NCBI GenBank assembly: GCA_964106645.2
Contig: OZ067045.1
Source: Podarcis pityusensis
Lineage: Eukaryota
Reading direction: 5' to 3' (one strand)
Length of the DNA: 64,000 nucleotides
Made by a program: the position numbers and the translations under genes. Positions 12,497 to 24,634 of this stretch are shown here, in pieces (positions within the stretch are counted from its first letter, which is position 1; the number at the start of each line of letters is the position of its first letter). Under the pieces are notes generated by a model that was given only the letters and a program-made list of their open reading frames with translations, searched no databases and was not told the origin of the DNA.

Positions 12497-13358
12497 GGTC
12501 AAGACAATCGAAACTGCAAATCCCTCTTCCAGTTAAAAATGCAGTTTGTGAATAATAAGTGCTGCCAGGAGGGGATAAATATGGAGCATGATTCCTTCCA
12601 CACAGCCCTATGAAAGAGTTGATTGTAGTCTGTCTACAAAGAAGGATTTCTCCTCTCCGCCCCCCAACAAGACAAGCCTTTATAAAAAGGTATTTAATGT
12701 ACGTGTCAAACATTCACAGGCCCCCGATAACAGTTGTAAACAGATCTCTATAAAACACAATTCCATGACAGCATCAAGAGAACGTTCATGTTATCAGCAT
12801 TATCCCTGGGAAGAAAGTCTGGGGGAGGCTTCCCTTAATACGTCGTTCCGCACTCTAACTGTTCCATTAATCATCCTTCGGAGGCACCCAGCACCTGCCT
12901 GCGCAGGGTCAAACCCAGACACTTCATAACATTTTTTACAACTAATTCCTATAATTTATGAGGCAGCAGAAATGACAGTTTTGAGTTCAAGAGGCACGCG
13001 GGTTGACTTTGGGTTCCTTCAGCTATCCGTCAAGGAATACGCCAGTCATTTTGCTAGATGAGGAACTAAGGGCAACAGCCCTGACCAAGGTTGGGATTCC
13101 ACACCTGCGCACGCTAAAGAACATGTTGATGGCAAGAACATCCCCAGCCTCGTGCTAGGCACAGCATCACATCAGGAGACATTGGGAAGACTGAAGTTAT
13201 ACTTTCAGGGAAACTACTTTGAGCTCTGCATGACATAAGATCTACCACACTCCCTGCCCTTGGAAGCCTTATAAGAACCTGCTACAGGAGAGGGACTGTG
13301 AGCAACATCACATGAGAGGTGTTTCTAGGACCAAGGTGAAACTGTCAGGCTTCTGTCT

Positions 13359-13477
13359 TAAGGTTACCAGAGGTCCCCGTTGCCTGGGGACAGTCCCCAG
13401 ATTTACAAATCAGTCCCCATGCAAAATCCATTGAAGTTGAAAAGTGTCCCTGGATTAATTGAAATCTGGTAACCTTA
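13359..13477. mobile_element. hAT (Blackjack-like) MITE, 119 bp
   Basis: Perfect 13-bp TIR TAAGGTTACCAGA; TSD ttctgtct/ttctatct. Confidence 0.85.
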
Positions 13478-13974
13478 TTCTATCTTATTTTTGTTTTTGG
13501 GTGTTGTAATCTTGTTATATTTATAGTTCTGAAATTTTGTTTACTATGTTGGTATAGTTGCTATTGTACTGTTGTTTGGTTATGTTCCAGGCATCTTGTA
13601 TACAGTACGTGAAATCTTATATAGTATGGAAAAGCAAAACACTCACCAAACTCCACCACAATCGCACCCTCCAAACCTCCTTTCTCAACCTCTAACTCTC
13701 CTCAGAGGTTGGTGCAATGGCTCCTGGGACTGCTGGCCATTTTCCCACTCTTTCGCAGTATTTTTGCAGGTTTCCCACTCTTTGGGTGCCATTTTTGCCC
13801 TTCCCGTGCTTCTTTGCAGTTTAAAACAATTTATTTATTTCCTGGCGCCGTTTGTATGTGCAGTTGCACATGAGTTGAACATGCCTAAGTAGGGAGACGT
13901 CTGTATTATCAAACTGTTTTGCAGTGTTTGATTTTGAAGTGCCTTCCTGTCTCCTTTGTTGTGAGTCGCTTTGA

Positions 13975-13977
<3 letters not shown>

Positions 13978-14014
<37 letters not shown>

Positions 14015-14028
14015 TGTGTGTGTGTGTG
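13978..14028. repeat. (GT)n microsatellite
   Basis: Direct inspection. Confidence 0.95.
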
Positions 14029-15357
14029 GAAAAGCAGCATACAAATAAAATGGCAAACTAATGAAGTGGAACATATGACTTTTAAACACATTCATTAATT
14101 TACCATAATCGCAAACCATTCCTTTCAGCGCTCACTGAGCCAAGCAGGGTGTGACCCAACTCCCAATGGCTTCGTGAGGCACCAAGTCATGGCAGGTCAT
14201 CTATCAGGCTCTTCTGCAAAGGGCTACACAAAGCCGCCAAGAAACAATGGGTGCCTTGTGCATGTCAAAAGAGCCACAGTCATCTCATTCCAGAGAAGCA
14301 ACGGGGAGGAAGAGATCTCTGTGGCGCAATGCTGGGTGGTCCTAGCCTCTTGGGCACAGCAGCCTCTCAAGAATCTACCCATCCTTAATCAATTAAGAAA
14401 CTTTCCCCAAAAACAGACCAAAAAAGCCATTCAGTGGGTCCTGAGGGAGGGAGGAGGGGAGCAAAGTCAGACAGAGAAAGGGGCTGGATGGTGATGCAGA
14501 GGGCAGGGCTGATCAATCTCCCAAGGGCTTTTGAAGGGTTTCTTTTCACTGTGATGTACTTCTGCTGCAGCTGGAAAAGTGAAACTCCAAAGTGCCAGCA
14601 CACAGGATCTGCTGCCACATGTGGAGTGATGAAGCCATAAAACTCAACTATAAAGTTAAATAATTTACCATAAATATCTGAGGCTCCGGGATTATTCTCT
14701 GCATTGAGCAGCCGAGACTCCAACGATCTCTGCATTCAGCGTGCCGCAGATGGCAGCGGAGCCAGACAAGAGAGCCCTTGACAAGGCTCCATGGTTGTAA
14801 TTACTCCTGACACAGCTGCAGTTTATTCCGACGCCTCCTTTGGTTTGGGCAGAGACAGGGGGAGAGGAGTACATACATTTGGAGAAGAAATGATTTTCAC
14901 CCATTGGACAATAAAGCGTTTGAAATGTAAAGCGAGGCGGGGAGGGACACAACTTCTTGTGACACTTTCTGAAACTTGGACAGAAGGACGCGCGCTTGGC
15001 TTCCAAGGCAAAACTAAAAATAAATTCAGCCCCGTGGCAATGTTAATAGAATACTGAGCAGCTACAACAATCTAGCAATTGCTCCTGTTCTCGCTGACAG
15101 TTAGTGGGAAACATCTGCACCTTTTGCATCCTCCAAAGATCTGCATTCTTGAAAGGAAAACTGAAGTTCCTTACAAGAGGGTTAGTGCGGAACTCTTCCC
15201 GGCAGGCAGCTGCTAAGGCAGAGTCCATTGGGGGCTGCTCCTATCACAGACCAAGATTCTCTTGGTTTTCTTCATAGCCTAAGACCAACAGGATTGTGAA
15301 AGTCCTCCAGTCTATTTTCTTTAAGGAGTCTCCTTTTGTTCAAGGATACAATATGAA

Positions 15358-15585
15358 AGCCAATGTGGTACAGGAGTTAAGACTGGTGTTGGACTGGGAC
15401 TGAGACCAGAGTTCAAATCCCTGCTCTGCCATAAGTGGAGCTCACTGGGTAACCTTGGGTGAGTCACTGCTTCTGAACCTTACCTACCCCACAGGGTTGT
15501 TGTGAGGAGGGTAATAACAGTGTACACCACCTTTAGTACCCTGAAGAAAAAGGTGAGATAGAAACGCTTAAAGTAATAAATGAAA
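15358..15585 (+). mobile_element. CORE/MIR-like SINE
   Basis: tRNA-like head with B box gagttcaaatccc and CORE gggtaaccttgggtgagtcac...cacagggttgttgtgagg. Confidence 0.75.
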
Positions 15586-15619
15586 ACAATATTTTCTAAA
15601 ATGTATTATTTCAGATATA

Positions 15620-16085
15620 GGTCTGTTCTGTATGTAATGCTAGGCCAAACTATGGCTTAGCATGAACTAGCAAGGATGTGGGTACAGCTGTTTTGCTCCT
15701 TCCCTAGTCCTGTGTCCAGGGGCAGAGGAAGGGGGTCAGTGGGGGCAGTCAACCCTGGGTGTCACCACTGAGGGTATGTGTGACAAAATGCCAGGCAGCA
15801 CTCACTACAGGGCCTGCAGCGCACCCGAGCCATGCGCCTCTCCCCAAACGGTCTGCCTGCTGCCTGCCCCTCAGCTGTAGGGCAGCTGAGAGGGAGAAGG
15901 CAGGCAGACTCCTTGAAGGCCCTGTGGAGCGTCCTGCCCCAGCTCGGCCCGCCCCTGCAGGCGGCTGGCCCCGCCCCCAGGCGCAGGGCATGCGTGCTGC
16001 CCCAGGCACCCGATTGGCTTGCTCTGCTGCTGCCTGTGGCTGCACTACCCATGGTTTGGCTTACTGTTACATCTGAGCCTGAGCT
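15620..16085. mobile_element. Old DNA-transposon-like element with long inverted ends and GC-rich interior
   Basis: 15633-15655 tgtaatgctaggccaaactatgg matches the reverse complement of 16049-16071 (tgtaacagtaagccaaaccatgg) at 18/23. Confidence 0.5.
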
Positions 16086-16457
16086 GGGGGGTTTGTCTCA
16101 CTCTGAACAAGTAATGAAATGCAGCAAAGCAAACTGGGCCACAGAATACATAATCATGTTCTCTGTGAAGCTCAGATGTTGAAATTTACTATTTTGAATA
16201 ATTAGGCAGCAACTGAATTATGACAGTGAGAGAGGTTGGGCGGCCATCTGCCAGGGATTCTTTAGCTGTGATTCCTGCATTGCAGGTGGTTGACCTAGAT
16301 GACCCTTGGAGTCTCTTCCAACTCTACAGTTTTATGATTCCATGATCCTATGAACTACAGGCCTGGCTACGTTCTTTCAGTAGTGGCTGGTGGGCCACGG
16401 AAACAGAGCCAAGTGGGTTTGGAAAGGGCTCACTCAAGACATTTTGGCGCCTGAGGC

Positions 16458-16635
16458 CAGAGCCATAGCTATGGGGGGGGGGGAGGCTAGCCAGGTATTT
16501 TGCCCTGGGTGAAGCCTCCAGAGGGGCACCATTGAGGCTCCCAGCCTGTGTGTGTGTGTTTGTGTATGCAAATGCACATGGGGGTGCCAAACTGGGTCTT
16601 TGACCCGAATGAAATAAAGCCTAGTTTTGTCTCTG
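16458..16635. mobile_element. hAT MITE nested in another hAT-like element (~16426-16905)
   Basis: TSD cctgaggc/cctgagga; imperfect TIR cagagccatagcta / cagagacaaaacta. Confidence 0.65.
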
Positions 16636-18119
16636 CCTGAGGAGAACCACAAAATGGTGTGTCCCCCAACCCAAGAAGAAGCGATGAGGAAAGACTTACA
16701 TCCATTACAAGGGGCAAATAAGGATCTACATCAGGATGAAGTGGGGAGTGAAGATCTATATTGGGAACATCTGACACAACACCAAGGAGTAGTAAGAGGC
16801 CAGGCTAACCACAACCATTATAACAAGGTTTGCTGTTATTAGCTAAGTAAACAGAAGCTGTAACAGTACCAGACACCCTCACCCCACCCCCATCACTGGG
16901 CCTACCTAGGGTGGGACCATAGGCACCAACTTGAACAAAATATTGGGGGGCTGCCCCCCCCCCCCGCAAATACTTCTCCACCCTCCCTACCCTTCTGTGG
17001 AGCACAAGTTCCTTGGCCGTGCGTAACTGGGCACAGACCTCCTCTGCCTCCCCGCTCACTCGCCTCTCGCCCCCCACCAACATGCAAGAAATTTCTGCCC
17101 ATTTGCCTGCTTGCCTGCCACCCGCCTCCATCCCCACCTGCTACTGGTCGGCCTGCCCACCTGCCTCTCCCCAGCTGCACTGGCTCAAACACAGAATGGT
17201 ACCAAAAGCAGGTGAAAAGAGAGCTGCACCCTGCTTGGGTGGGGATGGCTGCCCAAAGGGGGAGATGGAGGTAGGGAGGCACTAACCTGCAGAAAATATT
17301 GGGGGACCTGTCCTCCCATTTTTATTGGGGTGCCCAAGGGACCATGTTCTGGATCCCTGATGCCTTAGTACTGCAGCTGGGGCTTGTACGTACTGTACTG
17401 TTTTCACTCAGTTTGTTTTGTGTGGTTGCAATCTGATCGTACCACAAAGTTTTATTGTTACTGTTTTTGCATTGTTGTAAAATCTGTTGCCAACCACCTG
17501 TTTGCAGTATCCGAACAATACTAAGCCCTCATCTGCTAGCACCCATATTCATTAAGATTGTGTGATTGTTCTGTATACTAGGCACGCCGCTAAAAGGTTT
17601 ATTTTAAATATGTGCTTAATAATCCCCTGCTTTTTAAATGTGCAATAACAATCTATTACATTCTAATTAAGTTCTTATTTGAGTCATTTAATTAAGAAAG
17701 GGACTATAGCAAGTACCAAAACACTTTGCCTTTCTAGTCTCTCCAGGATCCACAGTTTCTCACACAGAAATTAACACTCACTGCAAACACCTCATTTGCC
17801 TGCCTGTTTAATCAGTTTGTGCATGTTTTTGGAGGGTGATGAATGGTAGTGCCTAGTGATACTGGTCTGGTTCACACCTCACTTTAAATCATAGATAAAC
17901 TAAATTGTAGTTTAAAGGCAAACATGCAGGGGTGCTTCACTGTATTGCTGAAATAGCGGATACTGTGCTCTTTCCCCAATAGCTAAGGCATGGTCTGGCT
18001 TAGAACCACAGCCCATGCATTGTTCCTCTCCAGATAAACCATGGTTTGCTTGAAGAGAAACAAACCATGAGCACAGATTCAGATGCAAGGCTGCTTTTAT
18101 ATTACTTATTACTACATTT

Positions 18120-18780
18120 TTAATTATTTATTATTTATTTATAGTTATATCCCACCTTTTTCTCAAGGTGCCAAACACATTTCTTCCCCCTTCTCCTTTA
18201 ATCCCCACAACAACCCTGAGAGGTAGGTTAGGCTAAGAGGCCATGACTGTCCCAAGGTCACCTAGTAAGCTTTATGGCTGAGTAGGGATTTGAACCCTGG
18301 TCTCCCAAGTCATGGTCCGATGTGCTAACTGCCACACCACACTGGATCTCACCTTTATAACCCACCTTTCATCCAAGGTGGGATATTCGGTTTCTCCCTC
18401 CTTGCCATTTCTAGCCTCAATGACAACCCTGTGAGCACTGGCAGAGGAAGAGGGGTGCGGGAGGAGCGCAGCGCCCCCGACAGCACAATTCCGGTGGGGT
18501 GCCATCGCGGCTCCCCACCCCACACCCCACATGCTGGCCCACAGGCAGTGAGCCATGCTCCCACAATGCGCACCATGCCCCCGGGATGCATGCCATGCCC
18601 CTGCAGGTGGTGTGCTACAACCTTGGGATGCGCGCCAGCCACGCCCCCGCCTGCTCTCCGCCCCCGGTACCAGAGCATGAAGTTCCGCCACTGCCTGTGA
18701 GGTAAGTTAAGCTGAGAGAGAGAGAGACTGAACCAAGGTCACTCACAAAGTTTCATGACTCAGTTGAGATTTTAATTCTT
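18120..18780 (-). mobile_element. Two tandem CORE/MIR-like SINEs, the second split by a MITE
   Basis: caacaaccctgagaggtagg...cccaaggtcac...gggatttgaaccc (18120-18345); second copy at 18350-18435 resumes at 18694-18780. Confidence 0.7.
18436..18693. mobile_element. GC-rich hAT MITE, 258 bp
   Basis: Perfect 8-bp TSD CCTGTGAG (18428-18435, 18694-18701); TIR cactggcaga/cagtggcgga. Confidence 0.85.
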
Positions 18781-18954
18781 GTCTTTGGAGAAAAACAAAC
18801 CACTGGCCTAGGTTCAGGTGTGATGCTAAGGCAGACCATGCTGGCAACAAAGCAGCAGCAGGATTGGGGGAGGAGCAGCCTGCCTTTCAGCAGCAGGGAC
18901 TAGAGCCTTGAAACCATACCTAGGATTTGATCTGTTGTCATTTTTGATGATTAT

Positions 18955-19140
18955 TATTAAATTATTATGTTGCCCTTCATCTGTAGATCTCAGGGCAGTT
19001 CACAGGATAAAAATACAAGATAAAAACACAAAATACATAATAAAAACAAGAACAAAACAATACTCCCCCCCCCCAGCCTCCCACAAACAAATTTAAAAGG
19101 ATGCAGAATGTTAATCAGCCCAAGGCCTGGTTGAACAAGG
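18955..19140 (-). mobile_element. L2-like LINE 3' end
   Basis: attattattaaatt...gcccttcatct...agggcagttcaca; related to ~36470-36580. Confidence 0.5.
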
Positions 19141-19341
19141 CCAGAAACCCAGGGAGGCAAGTGGGGACTGACCTTCTGCCACACTAACTGAAGGTGTGTG
19201 GTGACATTTATACAAGGAAAAGCATTTAACTTGTGCAGTGACTGAAACAGGAAAAGATCCCAGAGCTGAAGCTGCAGGTACAAATTCAGTCTTAAGCATC
19301 ATCCAAGAATAGGGTTAAACATAAGCAAGGGTCATCCAACA

Positions 19342-19466
19342 CATGGGCATAGCCAAAGGGGGGGCATGGGAGCAGCTGCCCCCTCTCAGATCAAGTAAAT
19401 CAATAAAAATACTTCACTAACTGAGGATCTGCACCCCCCCTAACCTAAATCCTGGCTATGCCCATG
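19342..19466. mobile_element. hAT MITE, 125 bp
   Basis: Perfect 14-bp TIR CATGGGCATAGCCA; TSD atccaaca/atcccata. Confidence 0.85.
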
Positions 19467-20017
19467 ATCCCATATCCTGATCCCTCAAAGTCTCAAAACT
19501 GTCCCCCACCACAGACACACACAATGACACCGTTTTTTGTGTGTGTGTGTTTTAAAGATGCCTGCAAAAGTCATTGTCACCAGAAGCCGAACAGACGCCA
19601 GCAATGGGCTGTTAAATGCTGCAACACGGAGCCCACTCTGATAAATTGAAGTAATTGAAGAAAAATGCAAAACAGTCTGCAAATTGGTCAGACAGGAGAC
19701 TAAAAGCTTCTCAAATCTGAGTGCTCACCTCTCAGTAGCACCTTCTCAAATGATTCTACCCATAATTTACAGGCTCTCCTCCCCCACCCCTCTTTTCCCT
19801 CTACAGGTAGTTTTTAAAGGGCATTCTATTATTACTATGTGTGACATGCACAGTTGTGTCTGGGAAACAGCTGTGGAACTGTAATGCTAACAAACAATTT
19901 CACAGAAAATTCAGTTTGCAGAACAGGGAAATGTGACATGCAGCGGGGTCCAGGGCACTGTCCTCCGGTTCTCTCACTTGCCAATCAAGGCAAAAAAATA
20001 AAAATGGAAAGAGGCAA

Positions 20018-20414
20018 AACATAAGAAGAGCCTGCTGCATCAGGCCAGCGGCCCATCTAGTCCAGCATCCTCTTCTCACAGTGGCCAACTGGATGCCTGT
20101 GCAAAGCTTGCAAGCAGGACACAAGCACAAGAGCCGCCTCCCCTTCTGTGGTTTCCAGCAACTGGTATTCAGAAGCACTGCTGCCTCCAGGTGTGGAAGA
20201 TCATAGCCATAATGGCTAGTAGTCACTGACAGCATTGTTCTACTCCATGAATTTGTCCAATCTTATTTAAAGCCATCCAAGTTGGTGGCCATCACTGCCT
20301 CCTGTGGCAGTGAGTTCCATAGTTTATCTGTGCACCTGCGGGAAGAAGGACCTTCTCTTACCTGCGCTAAATCTTCCAACATTCAGCTTCATTGGACACC
20401 CCCAAGTTCTAGTA
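20018..20414 (-). mobile_element. Old CR1 3' fragment
   Basis: aacataagaagagcctgctg...ccatctagtccagcatcc...gagttccatagttta. Confidence 0.8.
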
Positions 20415-20659
20415 CAGTGGTACCTCGGGTTAAGTACTTAATTCATTCCAGAGGTCCATTCTTAACCTGAAACTGTTCTTAACCTGAAGCACCACTTTAG
20501 CTAATGGGGCCGCCTCCTGCTGCTGCCGCGCCACCGGAGGAGGATTTCTGTTCTTATCCTGAAGCAAAGTTCTTAACCTGAAGCACTATTTCTGGGTTAG
20601 CGAAGTCTGTAACCTGAAGCATATGTAACCTGAAGCGTATGTAACCCAAGTTACCACCG
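20415..20659. mobile_element. Tigger-like MITE inserted at a TA in the CR1
   Basis: TA|CAGTGGTACCTCGGGTTA...TAACCCAAGTTACCACCG|TA; highly similar to 5231-5448. Confidence 0.85.
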
Positions 20660-20929
20660 TATTAGAGCATGTGCAGAAAAGTTTCCTGAGCACTCCTTGG
20701 CCTGTAGGGCCCCTCTAGAACCATCTTCTGTGGCAAATCAGGTGGCTTGCTGGCCAATTTTAGGGGACATGGTGCAGGCAAGAAACAAACCAATGTGACC
20801 TTATGCACCCTCCTTCTGGTGTGGGCTAGAGCAGGCTTCTGACACTTCCTCTCAGGCTGTCTTCCTGGTCATAGTTACTCAGGCAGGAGTAGGCTCCCCT
20901 GAATACAATGGGTGTTTTGCATCTGAGAG

Positions 20930-21125
20930 TTGGTGGTGGTATAGAGGTTACAGTGCTCTAAAAGGACCTGGGAGACCAGGGTTCAAATCCCCACTCAGCT
21001 CACCGGGTGACCTTGGGCCAGTCACTGCCTCTCAGCCAAACCTATCTCACAGGGTTGTGAGGATAAAATGGGGGTGAAGTCTGTAGGCCACCCTGAGGTC
21101 CTTGGAGGAAAGGTGGGATGTAAAT
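20930..21125 (+). mobile_element. CORE/MIR-like SINE
   Basis: gggttcaaatcccc B box and gggtgaccttgggccagtcactgcctctcagcc CORE. Confidence 0.75.
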
Positions 21126-21785
21126 ACTGTATATACTTTCTTAAAATGCTTACAATTGCACTCTGACAGTCTAGAATGGCTGTGTGGAAAACCAGCAGTA
21201 AATGGAAGATGTCAGAGAACAAGAATGAATTCTTGTCTCTCCAGGCAAACCAGGAATCGTATCTAAAGGCTATTTTATTAAGATGCAGTTACTACACAAA
21301 CACTTTCAAACGGAAATAAGAGAGAGAGAGATACTTACTCCACATTGCCTCTAAGCTAAGATTGTAAGTTTGTTTAAATATTTATATGCCACATTCTCTG
21401 ACATTCAAAGGTACTTGAAGCAACTTAACAAGAAGAAAAGCACAGAAGTAGCAAGGAAAAGCAAAGTCCAGATTTATGGCCTCAGGTTCAGGTAGCATTT
21501 TCAGCAGGAGAACAATTGCACAGTCAGAACTCAAGGCACTTATCCCAAGGACCAGATGAGGCATCTTAAAAGTAAAGGCCCATTCAAAATAACCAAATGC
21601 ACAGAAATAGCATGGGGGACACCTGGCTTCACAGCAGTACTATGGGTCTTAGTAAGCCACAAGCTTAACATGAGTCAACTGTGTGATGCAGCAGCAAAAA
21701 TCACTAATGCAATTCTAAGCTACAGCAACAGAAGTGTATTGTCCAGATCAAACAAAGTAATAGTACTTCTCTATTCTGCCTTGGT

Positions 21786-22545
21786 TGAATTGATGCTTTT
21801 GAATTATGGTGCTGGAGGAGACTCTTGAGAGTCCCATGGACTGCAAGAAGATCAAACCTATCCTTTCTGTAGGAAATCAGCCCTGAGTGCTCACTGGAAG
21901 GACAGATCCTGATGCTGAGGCTCCAGTAGTTTGGCCACCTCATGAGAAGAGAAGACTCCCTGGAAAAGACCCTGATGTTGGGGAAGATTGAGGGCACAAG
22001 GAGAAGGGGACGACAGAGGACGAGATGGTTGGACAGTGTTCTTGAAGCTTCTAAAATGAGTTTGACCAAACTGCAGGAGGCAGTGGAATGTTGGGATACT
22101 GCCAGGGAGACAAAGTCCATCATGGCCCCACGTCGGCTGCCGGATGATCCATCGATCTCCCGTAGACACGCAGTATCAGCAATTAGCGACACGAGCTCCA
22201 GAAAATAGCTTGCCACATTCTGGAACTGATGCACACTCTATCAGCAGATAATTCACAACAGAAGTTGCACGCAGGAGAGCATATTTACAAGTTTATTCAG
22301 CGTTGGTCAGAACAAAGAAAAACATGACTGCCTGCTTCAGTGTCTCCGACACAGAGAGAGAAACAAAAGCAATAGAAAACATAAACTTCCTGTGAACAGG
22401 AAATGCGCAGACTCTGTGACTCACAAAGCCTGCTCCCTTTTAAGGTGGAACGGAAATATCCTAACATGGAAGACAGGAGTGCTTGGCGTGCTCTGGTCCA
22501 TGGGGTCATGAAGAGTCGGAAACAACTAAACGACTAAACAATAAC
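21786..22545 (+). mobile_element. 5'-truncated BovB (RTE) LINE
   Basis: Encodes MRREDSLEKTLMLGKIEGTRRRGRQRTRWLD; 3' end cgactaaacaataac; perfect 13-bp TSD ATTCTGCCTTGGT (21773-21785, 22546-22558). Confidence 0.93.
22089..22466 (-). mobile_element. Solo LTR, 378 bp, inside BovB
   Basis: TG...CA ends with inverted termini TGTTGGGATA/TGTTAGGATA; 5-bp TSD TGGAA; minus-strand AATAAA at 22297-22292. Confidence 0.85.
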
Positions 22546-24414
22546 ATTCTGCCTTGGTCAGACCTCGTTTGGAGTACTGGGCACCACCGTTTTTAAACAA
22601 CATTGACAAACTGGAACATATACAGATGAGGGTGGCCAAGATGATCAAGGGTCTGGAAACCTAGCCTGACGAGGAACAGTTGAGGGAGTTGGGTATGTTT
22701 AGACTGAGAGGTGATTCAGATATCTGAAGGTCTGTCACATGGAAGATGGAAGATGGAGAAAGCTTGTTTTCTGATGCTCCAGAGGGCCGGGTCTGAACCA
22801 GTGGATTCAAATGACAACGATGAAGATTCCAGCTAAACATTAGGAAGAACTTTCTGATGGTAAGAGCTGTTCAACACCTCAGAATGTGATGGACTCTCCT
22901 TCATTGGTGGTGTCTAAGCAGAAGTTGGATGGCCATCTGTCAGGGATGCTTGAGTTTTGATTCCTGCCTTTCAGGGGGTTGGACTAGATGACCCTTTGTT
23001 TCCCTTCCAATTCTACAACTCTATTGCTCTAAAACTCCACACTGCAGCAGGGAAGGGCCATGTGTCAGCCAATCCAAGCTCCTCCTCAGCACTTGGGACT
23101 TCTTTGAGTCAATTTCCTTAGGCTCCTAGGGCTCAACAATATAGGCAACTATAAATCAGCTAGATGCAAAACCTGATGGGAGTTTGAGTCCCAAAACACC
23201 TGTAGAGCTACTACCGTAGGTCCCTACCCTGGAGGTTGAAGGCAGCTCAGCTGCTTTCTGCTTTCCAGATTTTGTCAGCTGACATCTCAAGGTGGCTCTC
23301 TCTTGAATGTGCCAATTATTACCCAGAATGGCTGATTTCAAGAGTAATTATCCCCATTATAAATTGAATCAGATGGTTTATAACAGCCATAAAACATACA
23401 ACATGGCTTTAAAGGAAAAACTTCATTGGCTCCCCTGTGGTTTACAAGTAGTTTTCTTCCAATAAAAATGCAAACACGCACTTTTGTTGGGAAATGGTCA
23501 TCAATAATCCCTTCCACAGACTTGTCTTTCTTTCCCAAACAGGCAGGTCCATTTCCTTTGAGGATCACACACGCACAAACACCAGCTCCTTGGTTTCTCC
23601 AGATCTTCTTCCAAATATGCAGATCATCACAACAATATGCAATTCCAGCTTATTCCTGGTGCAAACTGTCATCATTTATATGGAAATACGTTCCCCACAA
23701 ACTCACAGAAAGGGACTGTCAGCCACACAAAAGTGACCTTAATATCACAGCAAAGGTGCATGTCATCCTGTCTGTGTGTGTGTGTGTGTGTGTGTGGTGT
23801 ATCAAACTGACAAGCAAATGTTAAATCTAGTCAAACTGTCCTCAGAAACGGCCTATCCTGAAGGCACCGGGAACGCTTTCCAGCTGCATTTGCAACAAGG
23901 CACCAATGCTTTGCGATGATTAGTGCCCCGTCTTAAATGGAAGCGACCTTTTGTGTTCTTTATAATATGAAAGAAATGCTAAGTACCTGATGCCAGCTGC
24001 AGAGGAAAGGCAAGATCACAGCACTGCAAGCCAGAGGCAAGATGGCCTTTAAGGTCAGACACTTTAAGGAGAGAATTAATGTGTTTGCAACAGCAGAGAG
24101 ATCTCTGTAGCCATTTCAAACAAAGCAACTTCTTGAAGGAGAACGAGGCTCTCTCAAAGGCATCCACAGCTCCAGGTTCAAGAAGAAGTTGACTGAGATT
24201 CATATCCTCATTACCAGGGGCCTGTTAGGCACCCAGCCCCATCACACAAGTTTTGAAGAACGGTCCGAGAGTAAGGAAAAATCCATCCCCAACAACAGCT
24301 GCTGCAAAAGGAGAAAATTACAAGGCACCTGGTGTTGTCCTAGTTAACCATTCACAACCATGAATTGAAGGAGTGGTGCTAATTTGAGGGTTTAGTAGTA
24401 TGGAATTAGGATTA

Positions 24415-24634
24415 CAGTGGTACCTTGGTTTATGAATGCTGCAAACCCGGAAGTAGGTGTTTTGGTTTGTGAACTTTGCCTTGGAATAAGAACATGTTTC
24501 GCTTCCTGTTCAGTGTGTTCCATTTGTAAATTGAGTCCCCCACTGCTATGGGAAAGCACACCTTGGTTTAAGAATGCTATGATTTAAGAACAGACTTCTG
24601 GAACGGATTAAGTTCGTAAACCAAGGTACCACTG
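24415..24634. mobile_element. Tigger-like MITE
   Basis: 22-bp TIR CAGTGGTACCTTGGTTTA(T/C)GAA, TA TSD. Confidence 0.88.

Larger units (their letters stand above)
21630..23030 (+). mobile_element. CR1 LINE 3' portion (host of nested BovB and LTR)
   Basis: Left part encodes HKLNMSQLCDAAAK...VLLYSALV and resumes after 22558 with cagacctc...ggagtact; ends ggactagatgaccc...ccttccaattctac. Confidence 0.85.

Noticed and set aside
15749-16182. Second CpG island or gene
   Set aside because: Short GC patch enclosed by inverted ends of a transposon-like element; the overlapping ORFs are low complexity.
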